Shown here: piece after piece, positions 49,413-64,000 of the stretch | Position numbering within the stretch: position 1 is the stretch's first letter | Layout: every line of letters begins with the position of its first letter | From: Octopus vulgaris | Lineage: Eukaryota | Length of the DNA stretch: 64,000 bases | Direction of reading: 5' to 3' | Assembly: GCA_951406725.2 (NCBI GenBank) | Contig: OX597821.1 | Span: 71,920,001 to 71,984,000, forward strand | Translations under genes and position numbers: made by a program | Notes under the pieces: model-generated | What the model was told of the DNA's origin: nothing | Seen by the model: only the letters and a program-made list of their open reading frames with translations | Database searches by the model: none

Positions 49413-50213
49413 TCATCAGATGAACACCGACAGAGCGCCAGAGCATCGGATAGAGTTCCTCGTAAAATGTTTTGGTCAGCTGCTCTCTGAGCTCAAATCC
49501 CGCCAAGACCATCACTTACGGAATCCGTCGAATTTCTGTGTGTATGTATGTGTGTGTCTGTGTGTGCGTGTATCTGTTTGTGTGTGTCTGCCTTTCAGTA
49601 TGTGTCTGTCCACCACCGCTACTTAACAACCGTTGTTGCTTTGTTTATCGACAAAACGGACCGATTGGTTTGACTAAATCCTTCAGAGCGGTGCTCCAAC
49701 TTAGCCGTGGTCCACTCATTGAAAACGAATTGAAAAGATAAAAAAAAATATTAAGTTAAAAGCAGTGTATCGTTAAACAGGACATCGTTAAGCGATATCT
49801 TTCAAATTGTGTCTGTCGCTTTGCGAAGCAATGGCGCATGATCTGAAGACGACTTCGCTTCTTTTCGAAGAAGATCTAATGACCATGCAGGGGCCACCGC
49901 GTTTGTTTTTGCAATACGTCTAGTTTAAAACATCTGTCAGCGGCCAAAGCTCGGTTAATAAAGTCGAAGTGAAACAAGAGAGGACCGAAGTAAACTTTGA
50001 ACGGAAGCGAACCGTGCAGCATTATTTAGATTGTTACAAGATTGAAGGAACCCATTCTTCAACTGAACACTTCCTACTGCCCCACCCACCTACCCAAATT
50101 CTAGAAATTAGTACAAGAGATAAAATTCCGTTTCACGAAATCAATCAAAGTATTCAGAAACGAATATCTTGTGATGTGTCTAATTCACTAGTCTTTATTT
50201 ATTAGTTTCTATT

Positions 50214-50297
<84 letters not shown>

Positions 50298-50796
50298 CGA
50301 TAATACAAAACCTAATCTGTATCCCCGAACGCAGGTCCACTGATGTTCTCTTAAATGATTACAAGTTTGTTCAGTCATAAGAAAGTTGTTTCAGATCCTA
50401 TCAAATTCTTCCGGTGGTCTCATTCACACACAGGTGTGTGTGTATGTGTGTGTGTGTGTGTGTGTGTGATTGTGTGTGTGTGTGTGTGTGTGCGTGCGTA
50501 TGTGCGTGTGTGTGTGTGTGTGCGTATACATCCATTATAAGCAACAGAAGCAGTATTAGATTAAAATAACCATCTGTATATCACACCCAACGTATGATTA
50601 TATATGCATGTGTGTATGTACATGTGTGTGTGTGTGTGTATCTGTGAGTGTGTGTGTATGTGTGTGTATAAAAGAGTTGAGGACCGAAATCCTTCAAAGG
50701 GATGCCAAACATCCAGGTCCGCCAGAACAGTCTAAGTAAATAGAATATATGTAAAAATATATAGTCAGTATCTGCAAAAACAATAAATGAAATATA

Positions 50797-50913
50797 GGTG
50801 CAGGTTTGGCTGTGTGGTAAGTAACTTACTTACCAACCACATGGTTCCGGGTTCAGTTCACTGTATGGCACCTTGAGTGGATTTGGTAGACGGAAACTGA
50901 AAGAAGCCCGTCG

Positions 50914-50987
<74 letters not shown>

Positions 50988-51205
50988 CATGTATATGCTT
51001 GTGCGTCTGTGTTTGCCCCTCACTCCAACATCGCTTGACAACCGATGCTGGTGTGTTTACGTCCCCGTCACTTAGCGGCTCGGCAAGAGAGGCCGATAAA
51101 ATAAGTACTAGACTTACAAAGAATAAATCCTGGGATCGATTTGTTCGACTAAATGTGGTGCTCCAGCATGGTCGCAGTCAAATGACTGAAACAAATAAAA
51201 ACAAT
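50797..51205 (+). mobile_element. SINE family A (deletion in core)
   Basis: Family A head and tail. Confidence 0.9.
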
Positions 51206-51940
51206 AAACGAAATATAAGGAGAGGAAAAATTGGAGGTGTAGACGATCTTTAATTCGTAATCCAAGCTGGTACGGATCCAATAGACATTCTACAAATTGT
51301 TTCGGAATCTAATTAATTCTGAAGACAAAAATCGAAAAACGATATTTGGATGAAAAAATGAATAGAAAGGACTTTTCTGATAGCGTCTAAATGGCTGGGT
51401 ATTCCACGATTATATGTATCCTTAACGCAACTCATAGTTAGAATCGGTGTAATAACCGCGTGTAAGAAGGTTGCACCATTTGAATCACGAGTTCAATCCA
51501 CCCAACGGGCTTCTATAAAGTTTTTGTCTCCCTAATTTCACTCTTGGGGTAGGGTTTATTCTAGGTTATAAAAGATGACATTTGTCTGAAAATGCCATGC
51601 AATGGGATCGAAACTGTGACCTCGTGGTTGGGTGTTGTCAGACGCTTAAACATTCTACTATATTGTGTGTGGAGTCATGTGTACGCGCGATTTTTTTATG
51701 TGTATACACGTATACATACGTGTATATATATATATATATACATATATATGTAAGTATATGTATATATGTATATATATATTCACATATATGCTTGCACGTA
51801 TGTATGAATGTATGTATGTACGTATGTATGTATGTATGTATGTATGTATGTATGTATGTATGTATGCATGTATGTATGCATAAGTATATGTATAATCGTA
51901 CATGCATATATATATGCATATACATGTTTCTACAGAAAGT

Positions 51941-51986
<46 letters not shown>

Positions 51987-52372
51987 AGTACGTTTTTATA
52001 CATATACATGTCTATTTACATATGTTTATACATATATTCATATAAATAAATATATATATATATACATACATGTGTGTGCGTGCGTGTGTATGTGTACGTA
52101 TGTGTATGCGTGTGCATTTCTTGTATAGTTCTTGGGATCATCAATTATTTCCTTCATGCCATGTGTTGACTTTGTAATGTGATCCTTATGTTGAGAGGTT
52201 AATATTTAACGCCTCACTTACCACGGGACGACCGTCTCTGATTGATCCTAGACTATTGCAAGCCTCATTCATATCACCCATAGACTCTACTCCTAGCGTA
52301 CTCTCGCCCTGACCCTTTTACCTAACCAACCAAAGTAGTGCTTGTTTGCCCTCTCTTAACTTCCTACCTACC

Positions 52373-52425
<53 letters not shown>

Positions 52426-52821
52426 ATCTATCTATATCTATCTATCAATCCTTCTGTCTGTCTATCTACCTACCAATCTATCTATCTGTCTATCTATCTA
52501 TCTATTTGTCTGTCTGTTTGTTTGTCTACCTATCTATCTATCTATCTATCTATCTATTTATCTTTCTACCTACCTATCTACCTACCTACCTATTTCTCTA
52601 CCTATCTATCTCTCTATCTATCTTCCTATCTATCTCTCTATCTATCTATCTATCTCTCTATCATCTATCTATTTAGTTATCTATCAATGTATTTATCTAT
52701 CTATCTTTCTATGTTAATTCATTCACTTAAAACCCAAATTAAAATACATTTAAAATTTCAGATTTTTTTATGGGTGATGTTGACTTTGTTCGACTGCGCA
52801 CTAATAATAGAATTGACTGGT

Positions 52822-52855
<34 letters not shown>

Positions 52856-53294
52856 TGAAGAAGAGAGACCAACAGACAGACAAACAGACAGAGTGAGGAA
52901 AATCATAAATGTAGATGGGGCTAAACAACAATTCATGGGGAAAAGGAAACAATTCGAAGATATATTCTTTTCCATGTTCAAAACCCTGACCCCGTAACCC
53001 GCTTTATTATTCTGAAAATAGGATTACATCTATTCACTATATTTTAGTGAAACAGCTTTAAAAATGATGCTGACATTCTTTAGAATTGTTGCATCGAAGC
53101 ACCCGAGAAGATGATTTAAGGAGGGATTCGTAAAAGGAAAAACAAAACAAGTAAACAAACAGCCAAGACTAATAACTTACTCTTATGAAATTTTTGTAAT
53201 TTTTCTTGGAAAACATGATTTTTTTAAAGTACTCTAGAACTTTACGTAAGTACTCTAATTTGTTTATTCTTAGTTGGTAAATTCTGATTCTTTA

Positions 53295-53672
53295 ATTTGT
53301 TTCAGTCATCTGACTGTGGCCATGCTGGAGCACCGCCTTTAGTTGAACAAATTAACTCCAGGACTTATTCTTTGTAAGCCTAGTATTTATTCTATAGGTC
53401 TCTTTTGCCGAACCACTGAGTTACGTGGACGTAAACACACCAACATCGGTTATCAAGTGATGGTGGAAGTACAAACACAGGCACACCAACACACACACAC
53501 ATATACATCCGACCGGGTTCTTTCAGTTTCCTCTCTCAAATCCACTGACAACGCTTTGAGCGGCCTGAGGCTATAGTAGTATACACTTGCTCAAGGTGCC
53601 ACACAGTGGGACTGAACCCGGAACTATGTGGCTGGTAAGCAAGCTACTTTATCACACAGCCACTCCTGCGCC
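53295..53672 (-). mobile_element. SINE family A
   Basis: Reverse complement of family A. Confidence 0.9.
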
Positions 53673-55579
53673 TGTTTGTCCTGTGCATTGGAGAATACAG
53701 AATTATACTTTTTATTTGTATGAAGTTAAAACAGAACAAATCACACGGCCAATAACCTTTTCCGTTAAAAAATGTGTTGCTATGTAAAATTTTAGTTACG
53801 TAGGTGCGTAACTGTTTGCTACAGCTTGGGCTATACCTACAGTTACTTTTATATATGATGATGGGCGGATCTCACTCAAAGCCGGTGTTATAAGTTATGT
53901 GTTTTGACAAAATAGCGCTAGACCACGAACCTTCTCTACCGAAAAATTAGGTTTTTAGCTAATGACAAATGTGATCAGCTCTTTAACCTCACTTCGAACT
54001 CACAAGAGATTAAACTTTATATCAGCGACCAAAATTTAACATGTATCACATAAGTGATTTCAAATTAGGTGAGAATAAAACAATATATAACTGAGTGGAG
54101 AAACCGTGAAAGGTCAACAATATAAATTAACCTTAAAAAGAAAACAGAATAATTTATTCGAAATCTGTGAGGGCAACTAACGGAGAGGTAAAAACCCTCT
54201 TTATCAAAGTGTGTCGGGAGTCTCTCTTGTGTCTCTTTGTGTCTCTTTACAGCTATGAGTAATGAGAATTTGGTATCGGATGACCGCACCACTTCTACTC
54301 AGTTGTGTGACTGGCAAATATTTTGGTAATTCCATATTATTGATATATTTATTCCCGTCAGAGTAACTTGTGACTAAGTCGAATGTCTGCAACGCTGCCA
54401 CCCGAAGAATCTGTATCTACTTGCACTCTAATCTGCTCAATACCGAAATATATAAATGAATTTCGGGTTCGTCCGGACGTGCTGCTGGCATATTCGAACT
54501 TGTAATAACATTGCATATAAATTCATCTTCTGTGACCCAGTCTGTCTCAATGAGTAAAATATATAGCAGGGTACATCTGATCGATATCAATAGCACCAGA
54601 AATCAACATTGATTAAGGTTTTGTGAGCTCTTGGTGCTGAGTTCAATTCTCCTGATGTTATTTAGTCTATTGTCAATCCTCGGCTAATATACAAAAGACC
54701 AAAATGTCCCGGCTGCCAACGTCCCGTTTTGTTGTCTTCTATTCTCTTACAGTATATCTAAAAAAGCATTATCCAATATCTTATTCCTTTTTATAAAATG
54801 TGATATGAGGAAGATTTATCTACTCTTTCTAGCACCTGTCTATTTTATTTACTTCATGTGAAGAACGCAATCCAGCGGAGATAAGTCCACGACAATATGA
54901 CTTCACAAGCAAATTTCGATTCTTCATTGGCGACATTTCGATTTCCCTTTCTTCGTGAATATCCCTTAGGACAGAATATCAGCCACAGTTTAACTAAATC
55001 GTCTGGCGGCAGAGTCTCGCTTCACACGCAATGCCCTGCTGTTGAAGAAGTTCATAGAAGCAGAAATCCGGATTTCTGCTTCTACGCCACTGCTGTACAA
55101 TCTTCCTTTGCGGCTCATATATTTCCATGTTTTTTTTAACACTGAACGTCTACACGGGATGCTTTCTCGACGTGAATACAACAACACTACGGATTAGAAG
55201 AAGGCGTTCAATAATATATCTCCTTCATTCATGCGCTACAAATAAATGATCGCGATATCTGGAGCAACAAAAAGCTGAAACACCTTCATAAAATTTAAAG
55301 GAGGATGAACAAAAGAACAACCTCGCCACCAGGCGGGCGGCTGCTTACAATTAAAAGCGAAGAAGAAAATATACAAGCATAGAAACACGCACATACACAC
55401 ATACTGGCAGATACAGACACGCACACACATACACACAGAGACACACTCATACACACATACACACATACATCCATCCATACATAAATACATACATACACGC
55501 ATACATACATACATACATACATATATACATACATACATACATACATACATACATACATACATACATACATACATACATA

Positions 55580-55850
55580 GAGATTACAAATTCAAGTTTA
55601 TACCTGTAAATATTGGGGTCCTGGGATATGTAGCACACTGCCTAAATACCTATCTTGAGAAATTGGCTTCTCAAAACCAGAAAGGAGAGAGCTGATTCGA
55701 AGACTACAGATCCATTCCAACACTGGAACTGTAAAAATCTGCAAAACTTTGCAAAAGTTTATCATTTAAATATATATGAGCATGACTAGATATGCAAATA
55801 TATGCGTAAGAATACACATATAAAATATACAAATCTGCACATACATATAC
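55580..55850 (+). mobile_element. RLE-type LINE extreme 3' end within (TACA)n
   Basis: DYKFKFIPVNIGVLGYVAHCLNTYLEKL/GFSKPERRELIRRLQ...GTVKICKTLQKFII* (stop 55767-55769); P..IG.LG is typical of the region after the RLE catalytic residues. Confidence 0.75.
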
Positions 55851-56519
55851 ACATACATACATACATACCTACATACATACATACATACATACAGACAGAC
55901 AGACAGACAGACTGACATACACGCACACACATACATACATACATACATACATACATACATACATACATACATACATACATACATACATACATACATACAT
56001 ACATACATACATACATACATACATGCGTAACTACATATGAACATGATTATCAGTTTACAGAATTTCCTGTAACCATTGGTGCATTTTTTTTTTGTGATGC
56101 AACCGAAAACTCTAACACAATTCTCCGTACATTCAATCTGTGGAATAGTCAAAATATGCTGGATTTTCTGAAGGTTAACAGAACTCTACACCGTTCTGTA
56201 ATTTTTCAGTGCTTCAGTTTCTCAGAAAATAACTCTTTTCTTTAGGACGATAACAAAGAATATTTTTAATGAGCGAAAACATACTTATACACATGACATG
56301 CATCGCATACATGTGCAAATACAACACATTCAATCGTGTATTCGTGTCCTTGTGTATTTGATAGTAAGTATGTAAGGGCAAACACATACGTGTATCAATT
56401 AATGAAAACATTCACCGACACATACCAACATACATGGATTTGTGACTTAATACGTCGTACATGAATTCTTGCAATCACAGATCCTACATATTGTAAACAA
56501 TAATGGGTGTGGAAGAGTA

Positions 56520-56550
<31 letters not shown>

Positions 56551-56718
56551 GAGAGAGAAGGAGAGAGACAAAAGGGAAAATATAGCGCGTGAAAGAATAA
56601 ATATCTGTGAGAATTTGTGTGTGGTATATATTTATCTTATCAATCTTTCCATTCATATATACAACATACGTATTTGTATATACATACATGTGCGTATATA
56701 AACAAATACATATATACG

Positions 56719-57005
56719 TAGAAGCGCGTACAAATATGTACGGTGTATATATCAATGGAAATATATGCTTGTATACATACATACATACATGCATACATAC
56801 ATACATACATACATACATACATACATACTACATACATATGTTCATAGAAGCGCGTATAAATATGTACGGTGTATATATCAATGGAAATATATGCTTGTAT
56901 GCATACATACATGCATACATACATACATACATACATACATACATACATACATACATACATACATACATACATACATACATACATACTACATACATATGTT
57001 CATAC
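56719..57005. repeat. Local tandem duplication (about 127-bp offset) including (TACA)n
   Basis: tagaagcgcgta.aaatatgtacggtgtatatatcaatggaaatatatgcttgtat occurs twice. Confidence 0.9.
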
Positions 57006-57102
57006 TTACATAAGTATATGTTTGAGTGTGTGTATATGTGTTTATTCATATATCTAAGAAGATATATGTAAGAGTATATACATATATACAAAAATACATA
57101 TA

Positions 57103-57162
<60 letters not shown>

Positions 57163-57599
57163 CATATACATATATACATATGCATACATATATATATAAA
57201 TCTGAGAAGAGATGACTTAAAATGCTGAAAATATTATTTCATAAACGTTCCGCATTCGACTCATTGCCCAATATGCATCGCGAGATAATTAATGTTTTAT
57301 GAGGTATAAACTGTTATTAATAGTATGATTGGTTCAATAGAGACCAGCGCCCATTTGATCTTTGCTTGAACAATTAATAGAGTTAATATTACGCCTTGAA
57401 ACGAGGCCAAAATCGTAACATTTCTTCTTAAACGTGATTTGTGGTGCAGTCAGACATTTTTTGGCAGTCTTTACAATCAAATTTCTTACTGACTGAAAGA
57501 ATGTTAGAAGACCAATTCCCCAGACAGGAAACCCGAGGTATCAGGTGGCTTGCATGACATTTTATGCGTGTCTGTGTGCATGCGTGTGTGCATGTATGA

Positions 57600-57955
57600 A
57601 TACATAGATGCGTGGATCTCCGTCGTTTGACGAGGACGATTCAGTTTTTCGGGCAACTGAGTTGTCTGCCTTTGAATTAACACGTAAGCTGCTGAGCATC
57701 CACAGACGCATGCGCCATTAAATATAATCGTCGGGCAGAATCAGCGTGACACAACACGTGACAAGGTTGTGCCTTTTGAATTACATTCCGTGGGCTTCTC
57801 TGCAGTCTTCGTCAAACCGGTTTCATCCGCAACATACGAGTCGAACCGAAACTATAGAGAAGAACATCAGTCCAAGATGCAGCACAGTGGGATCCACCCA
57901 GGGGCTCCATGGTTAAAAATCGAACACCTTAATCGTTCGGTTATATTGCGCCTAC
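57600..57955 (-). mobile_element. Old SINE fragments (family C-like, then family A-like)
   Basis: aattaacacgtaag...gctgagcatccacagac...cagcgtgacac, then ctatagagaaga...cacagtgggatc. Confidence 0.55.
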
Positions 57956-59593
57956 ATACACATGCGTGCACGCAGACACACATACACAATCACACTCACA
58001 CACATATGTACATTGTACATAGACATATACATATATACATTCAAGCACACACACGCACACGTAAAATCTAAATTGTGATCCAGCATGTTGTTTCTAGATC
58101 TTACTCGTCTAGAATTATTTTTTAAACAAGGCAAAATTTATATTAATTCTGTTACTGAATTAATTAAGTTATATTTTAATAAATTAGATGTTGATTTGTC
58201 TCACTTAACCATATCTTTAATCCATAAGTGTTATTCATCCAAAAATCTCCTGGCGTATATTTGTGTATCGTTGCTAATTTAGTTCTTGAAAATATTAAAC
58301 TGATGTCACATCGAGGACACGTGGATATTGTGTTGTCAATGATCTTAAAATATGATGGACGGTGCATCATAGTCCAGTATAATTTCATTATATAAGTCCT
58401 CGCTTCCGTTAGTAATTTCCATAAAAGATGTAACACAAGGGGCATTTGCCTACGCAAACATCTAAAAAGCGATAACTGCTGAATGGTCATAGTATCAGAA
58501 AAATAGAAATTAGCTTTTTTTTTTTCAAAACTTGTAACATGGACACTTTTAAAACGCAATTTTGTGAAAGTGGGGGCTAAGAGCTACTAGTTTGGCCACA
58601 CCGACTAAACATGAAATCTCCGGTGATATAAAACCGACATAATATATGATATTGCTCACCATCACAGAAATTTAAGCAGCTCTTTATTTCAACAAAACAA
58701 ATAAATTATAAGAACATTATGTGTATTAATTAATTCGATCGCCTTCTCTGCTCTTTATCTCAAAATATCTCTGCAAATCCTTGGCTGAATTTATTAAGAG
58801 ATGTCTAATCTTCTCAATCAGTACAGTAATATACAAGGAAGGGTAACACAGGCCCGTGTTAAACTGCTAACAGACCCAGACCAGGTGTTCAATATTGACC
58901 CCAATTCGACTGATAATTAACCCAGTTCAGAATGAAATGTAAACCCTATATCAGAACTACTTATTAAATATTTTAGTAATGAATATTAAATACACATAAC
59001 CTATGTGTGAATTATGGCTTTATGCTGTGTTCGGTACAGGAAATGTACTTAAAAATACAGAGCAAAATACGAATATTCTAGAACTATTTATAAAAAAGTA
59101 AATTCATTTACCAAAGGTTCCTCACCCATACATACCCTTGGCCTGAAACAGGGATATGAGCCTTTTCAAAATCTATCTTGGTGTAAACAACATAGTTCTT
59201 TTTATAGTGTAACCCTCTAATCTAATTAAAAATCTACGGTTTGCTAACCTGTTCAAGGTCAGAGCACAACATTTGTAAAGAGATTTTAACTTCAGTCAAA
59301 CACTGTAGTTTCCTTTCTGCCAAAAATATAAATAAAAGACAAGAATAAAATACGAAATCAGTAAAGCTGTTTCTCGAATTAATTATTCGTTATGCACCAT
59401 GTGTTGTATAAACATGTTTGCCTTTATGTAGCAACATTTATGGGAAATCAAAGTCGCTCTGTTCTTTCTTACTTTTGTATCCAACGAAACAACCAAACAA
59501 CCATCTTATTTTTCTAATATGAAACAAATTGATGTATTAACATCAGTAAACAGCCAGATTAACTTGTGTGTGTATTTGCATCAATGCACACAT

Positions 59594-59643
<50 letters not shown>

Positions 59644-59734
59644 GTGTGTGTATGCATGTATGTGTATGTATTTATGTGTGTGTGTGTGTATGCATTTGTG
59701 TGTGTGTGTTAATAATATATATTCCAAGATGCAA

Positions 59735-60540
59735 TAAAGAAGAATCTTGGAATGTGAGAACTCTTCGGGACAGCAAGAAAAATATAGAACGTCGGACCAC
59801 TTTGCCCGTGTCTTGAAAGAAAAAAAAACGTGTGAATAGCAACTCTTTCCGAAACCGGATTAGCGGACTGTGGTCAGCAACAGGAAGTTGATGGTGGATA
59901 CACACACTCTTTTCTGGATCGGTAGGCCTCAAGAAGTAAAGAAAGAGGCAGGCGTTGGGTTTGCTATTCAGGATGACCTGGTGAAGCAACTTGAATCTTT
60001 GCACATTGACATTAGTGAAAGACTCATGTCATTGCGCATCTGCATTGGCAAAACGAAATATGCAACTAGTTTCAGAGCTGCTGCACTCCAGCCATGAACT
60101 CAAATGAAGTAAAGAGAGGTTCTCCGCCGAAGTACGTAACCAATTGAGAGGTGTCTCCATCCATGATAAACTTCGCCACCTTGGTGATTTCAATACACGT
60201 GTAGGATGTGATGCATCCATACGGGGCCACGTAATACGTAAGTATGGGGTTGACAAGGTAAATTCAAACGGTCATCTGCTGCCATCACTTTGCAGGGAAT
60301 ATGGACTTTTGATTACCAATATTGTTTTCCAACCCCGATCAAACCATTATCACCTCATTGATTACATAATTATGATGTCCTCCATAAAGGAAGATGTCCA
60401 AGTAACACATCCTTTTTCCATGGAGTGTTGGTCTGATATGATCAAAGGTGAATCTTACTATCCGCTTCATAACAATCGCACTCGACCAATTCAAAAAGTG
60501 GATGGGACAAAGCTGACGAACCATGACTCTGAGTTTTATC
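59735..60540 (+). mobile_element. RTE (BovB-like) LINE APE endonuclease pseudogene
   Basis: SWNVRTL, FWIGRP...GVGFAI, SERLMSLR, LGDFNTRVG, GVDKVNSNGHLL, LLITN, HLIDYII and CWSD motifs across frameshifts. Confidence 0.92.
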
Positions 60541-60559
60541 ATGGCAACCGACTAATTGT

Positions 60560-60735
60560 CATATATATATACGATGGGCTTCTTTCGGTTTCCGTCTACC
60601 AAAGCCACTCACAAGGATTTGGTCGGCGCGAAGCTATAGTAGAAGACACTTGCCCAAGGTGCCATGCAGTGGGACTGAACCTGAAACTATGTGGTTGGTA
60701 AGCAAGCTACTTACCACACAGCCACTTCTACGCCT
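60560..60735 (-). mobile_element. SINE family A, 5' half
   Basis: cacttgcccaaggtgcca.gcagtgggactgaacc. Confidence 0.88.
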
Positions 60736-61489
60736 ATATATATATATATATGTATATAAATATGTGTGTGTGTGTGTGTGTGCGTGTGTGTGTGTGTGCG
60801 TGTGTGTGCGTGCTCGTCGGACAGTTGTGATCATACAGTACGATCACAACTGTCCAACGAACGGTAACGTGAAACTCTGAGTAGACGTTATTGAAACTTT
60901 TGTTCTTACTATACTACCAAAACAGACTAGCTCTGCGATATATTCCATTTCGGAAGTAGCCAGTGGGGTTATTGCGATGACAGGTGGAAGAGTCTTGCAC
61001 TGCATACCATTTATTTCTATGCTCCGTTTTTAGATTCCTAGTTTAAAGGTTTTGTGAAATTTTTTTTCATTTGTCAAAGATGAAGGATATTAAGATTGTC
61101 CCATCATCATATTTAATCTCTGTGGGGACGGAGACGATGGAATGCCAAACTACTTTCTTCCAAATCTTAAAGACTGATGAAAATATTAAGTGATAGTAAC
61201 TTTGTCTTAGATCCAAAATTACTTCAAACCACACCCGTCAATTGATCAACCATAACCGCGACACACTCTGCATTGCAGTATGGCACCTCTTTTACTCAGA
61301 CACTTTAATGCACGTTACACATATTGTTTTCATTATCTCCACCAGAGCCCGCCACCAGTTCCTGCCGAAGGCAACCTTCGAAGTCGATTAAATTGAAGTG
61401 TAAAGACACTCGATTCACTTTTTGTTTTCTCAATTATTTATCAGACAGTAAAATTGGTATCAACTGTGCCTCTACTACATTAAAGCAAA

Positions 61490-62065
<576 letters not shown>

Positions 62066-62319
62066 CATATATCTCTCTATCTATCTATCTATCTGACCCA
62101 TTCACTCTCCCCATTCTCTCTCTCCCCTTTTCTTTCTCCCTCTCTCTCTCTTTCATCGCTCCTTCGATTTTATTTCTCCATCTGTCGCCGAAAGATTCCA
62201 CTAAATTAGAAATCCCCCCTCCCCCAACAGTTTAACAGGAGTTTTGCTTGCTTTGATTTTACCAGAATGCGGACTGAGTCTTTTAGTGTCTGTCCTATTT
62301 TCTATATTGTCTTAACTAT

Positions 62320-62720
62320 TGCTTTCAAATTTTGGCACAAGGCCAGCAACTTCGGAAGAGGGGCTAAGTCAATTACATCGACCCCAGGGCTCACCTGGTA
62401 CTAATTTTATCGACACTTGAAGGATGAAAGACAATGTCGACCTCTGTGGAATTTGAACTCAGAACGTAGCGGCAGACGAAATACCTATTTCTTTACTACC
62501 CACAAGGGGCTTAACACAGAAGGGACAAACAAGGACAGACAAACGGATTAAGTCGATTATATCGACTCCAGTGCGTAACTGGTACTAATCTTATCGACCC
62601 CGAGAGGATAAAAGGCAAAGTCGACCTCAGCGGAATTTGAACTCAGAACGTAACGGCAGACGAAATACCGCTAAGCATTTTGCCCCGCCTCCTAACGATT
62701 CCGCCATCTCGCCCCACCCT
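62320..62720 (-). mobile_element. SINE family B with duplicated core
   Basis: aggat.aaag.caa.gtcgacctc...ggaatttgaactcagaacg occurs twice. Confidence 0.88.
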
Positions 62721-63254
62721 TAAATACTCTCTTAAATATTACATGTGATATATCCTTCTCAACCCCCGTTTTTAGTACTTCACCATTGATAGTATCTCTA
62801 GAGCAGGTCTTAAATATTTTCCCTTCTTTTAATTACTCTTTCTCTTTCATCCTTCGTTATTTTTGCATCATGAGTATCTCTGCATCAGATGGACCACCCG
62901 GAATATCCGACATCGCTCCCGGGATTTGTGATAACTCAGTGTTCAGACGTTGTTTCAAATAATTTTGAAGTACTTCAGCTGTGTTTGTATGTATGTAACC
63001 GTCTTTCCCTTTCATTGCACTTCTCTTGTTTTATCTCATCTTTCTCGCCATTTCACGGACAGACTTTAAAAGACTCGGACTATTATTGTTCTTGAAATCA
63101 CTTCCCGCTAGTTTCTAGTTTGTTTTGTAGATTATGTTTACGTTGTTTACTTCTGTGTTTTTAACTACTTTTATTCACTTCTGTATATTATTCGCTTTTG
63201 ACAATATCGCCTGAGTTCTACAGTTCTATATTTAAGAGATGAGGAATTATGTAC

Positions 63255-64000
63255 ATTATTTATATTATTTACATTCGACGGATATTTGTCCTCATCTTGT
63301 TTGTTGTTACCACAACGTTTCCGCTGATATACCCTCCAACCAAAATCAGGTGTCTTAGGGAAAATTTCGAACCTGGATTCTCATTCCTAAGGTATTTTTC
63401 GGTGTCATTATTATTGTTGTTGTTGTTGATGTTGAATCGAACTCGGAATCTTGGGGTTAGTAGCCCGCGCTCTTAACCACTACACCATTTGCCCGTGGGC
63501 ATATGCCGTAGGAAACGTTGTGTTAACAACAAACAAGATGAGGACAAATATCCGTCGAATGTAAATAATGTAAATAATCGTCTGGGGTTGTTCAACCTTT
63601 TTTCTTTTGACTTTTCCACTTTGTTCGCAGATACTCTCTATTTCTGGTGACAATCTATCACTAGATTTATTCATTTATTTATTTATTAGATTTGTCTTCC
63701 ACTCTCGGTAGATAATCCTATAGTCTACAGATAATACTATAGACAATACAGATAATCTTGTTATTTATCCAACTAAGGATTTGCTTGTCGACTGTGGCCC
63801 GCCTTGCTCGTCTTTCATTTCTCAGTGACGGAACGGAATATTTATTACCGTGAGACCATTTATTTATTACATACAACTGCAATAATTCGTTTACCTTCCC
63901 ACAGACTATATTTTCTTGTATCATTTGACCAGTTCTTGGGTTGGCCTTCTCCTATTTTAGCGATGATTACGCGACGGATTTTTCATGGAAACTTTCGTTT
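63255..64000. mobile_element. Penelope-like remnant with inverted pLTR, degenerate hammerhead (63311-63353, -) and a tRNA-like fragment
   Basis: 63255-63322 and 63511-63578 are reverse complements; acac-CTGATTT-tggttgg...cagcg-GAA-ACGT-T-gtg; ORF-like minus-strand sequence continues to the window end. Confidence 0.6.

Noticed and set aside
54065-54600. Possible decayed coding sequence on the minus strand (also 58176-58559)
   Set aside because: No recognisable domain by eye; needs BLASTX
61173-61215. Isolated CTGATGA (also at about 28056)
   Set aside because: No downstream GAAA or stems

Overview
AT-rich, repeat-saturated eukaryotic (animal) genomic DNA. The SINE families and microsatellite load resemble octopus/cephalopod DNA, which is an inference from recalled repeat sequences. 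I found no intact host protein-coding exon; most ORF-track entries are translated microsatellites. Supported features are two tandem tRNA-Ala(AGC) genes, three tRNA-derived SINE families, and decayed retroelements (CR1-like, RTE, L1/Tx1, RLE-type LINEs, Penelope-like remnants). There are also Tc1/mariner relics and Helitron-like elements. Top leads: (1) a 1.65-kb array of about 75 x 22-bp units next to the tRNA pair, in which nearly every unit carries a TCF/LEF site (CTTTGATC/G) and most also carry an RCCG helper-like motif, like a natural TOPflash array; (2) a dispersed set of minimal hammerhead-ribozyme motifs in Penelope-type pseudo-LTRs, some with U3-A8 covariation and some at inversion breakpoints; (3) several LINE families abutting specific microsatellites; (4) a CR1-SINE shared 3' tail; (5) long hairpin-forming inverted repeats. 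All calls are by eye and most element boundaries are approximate.
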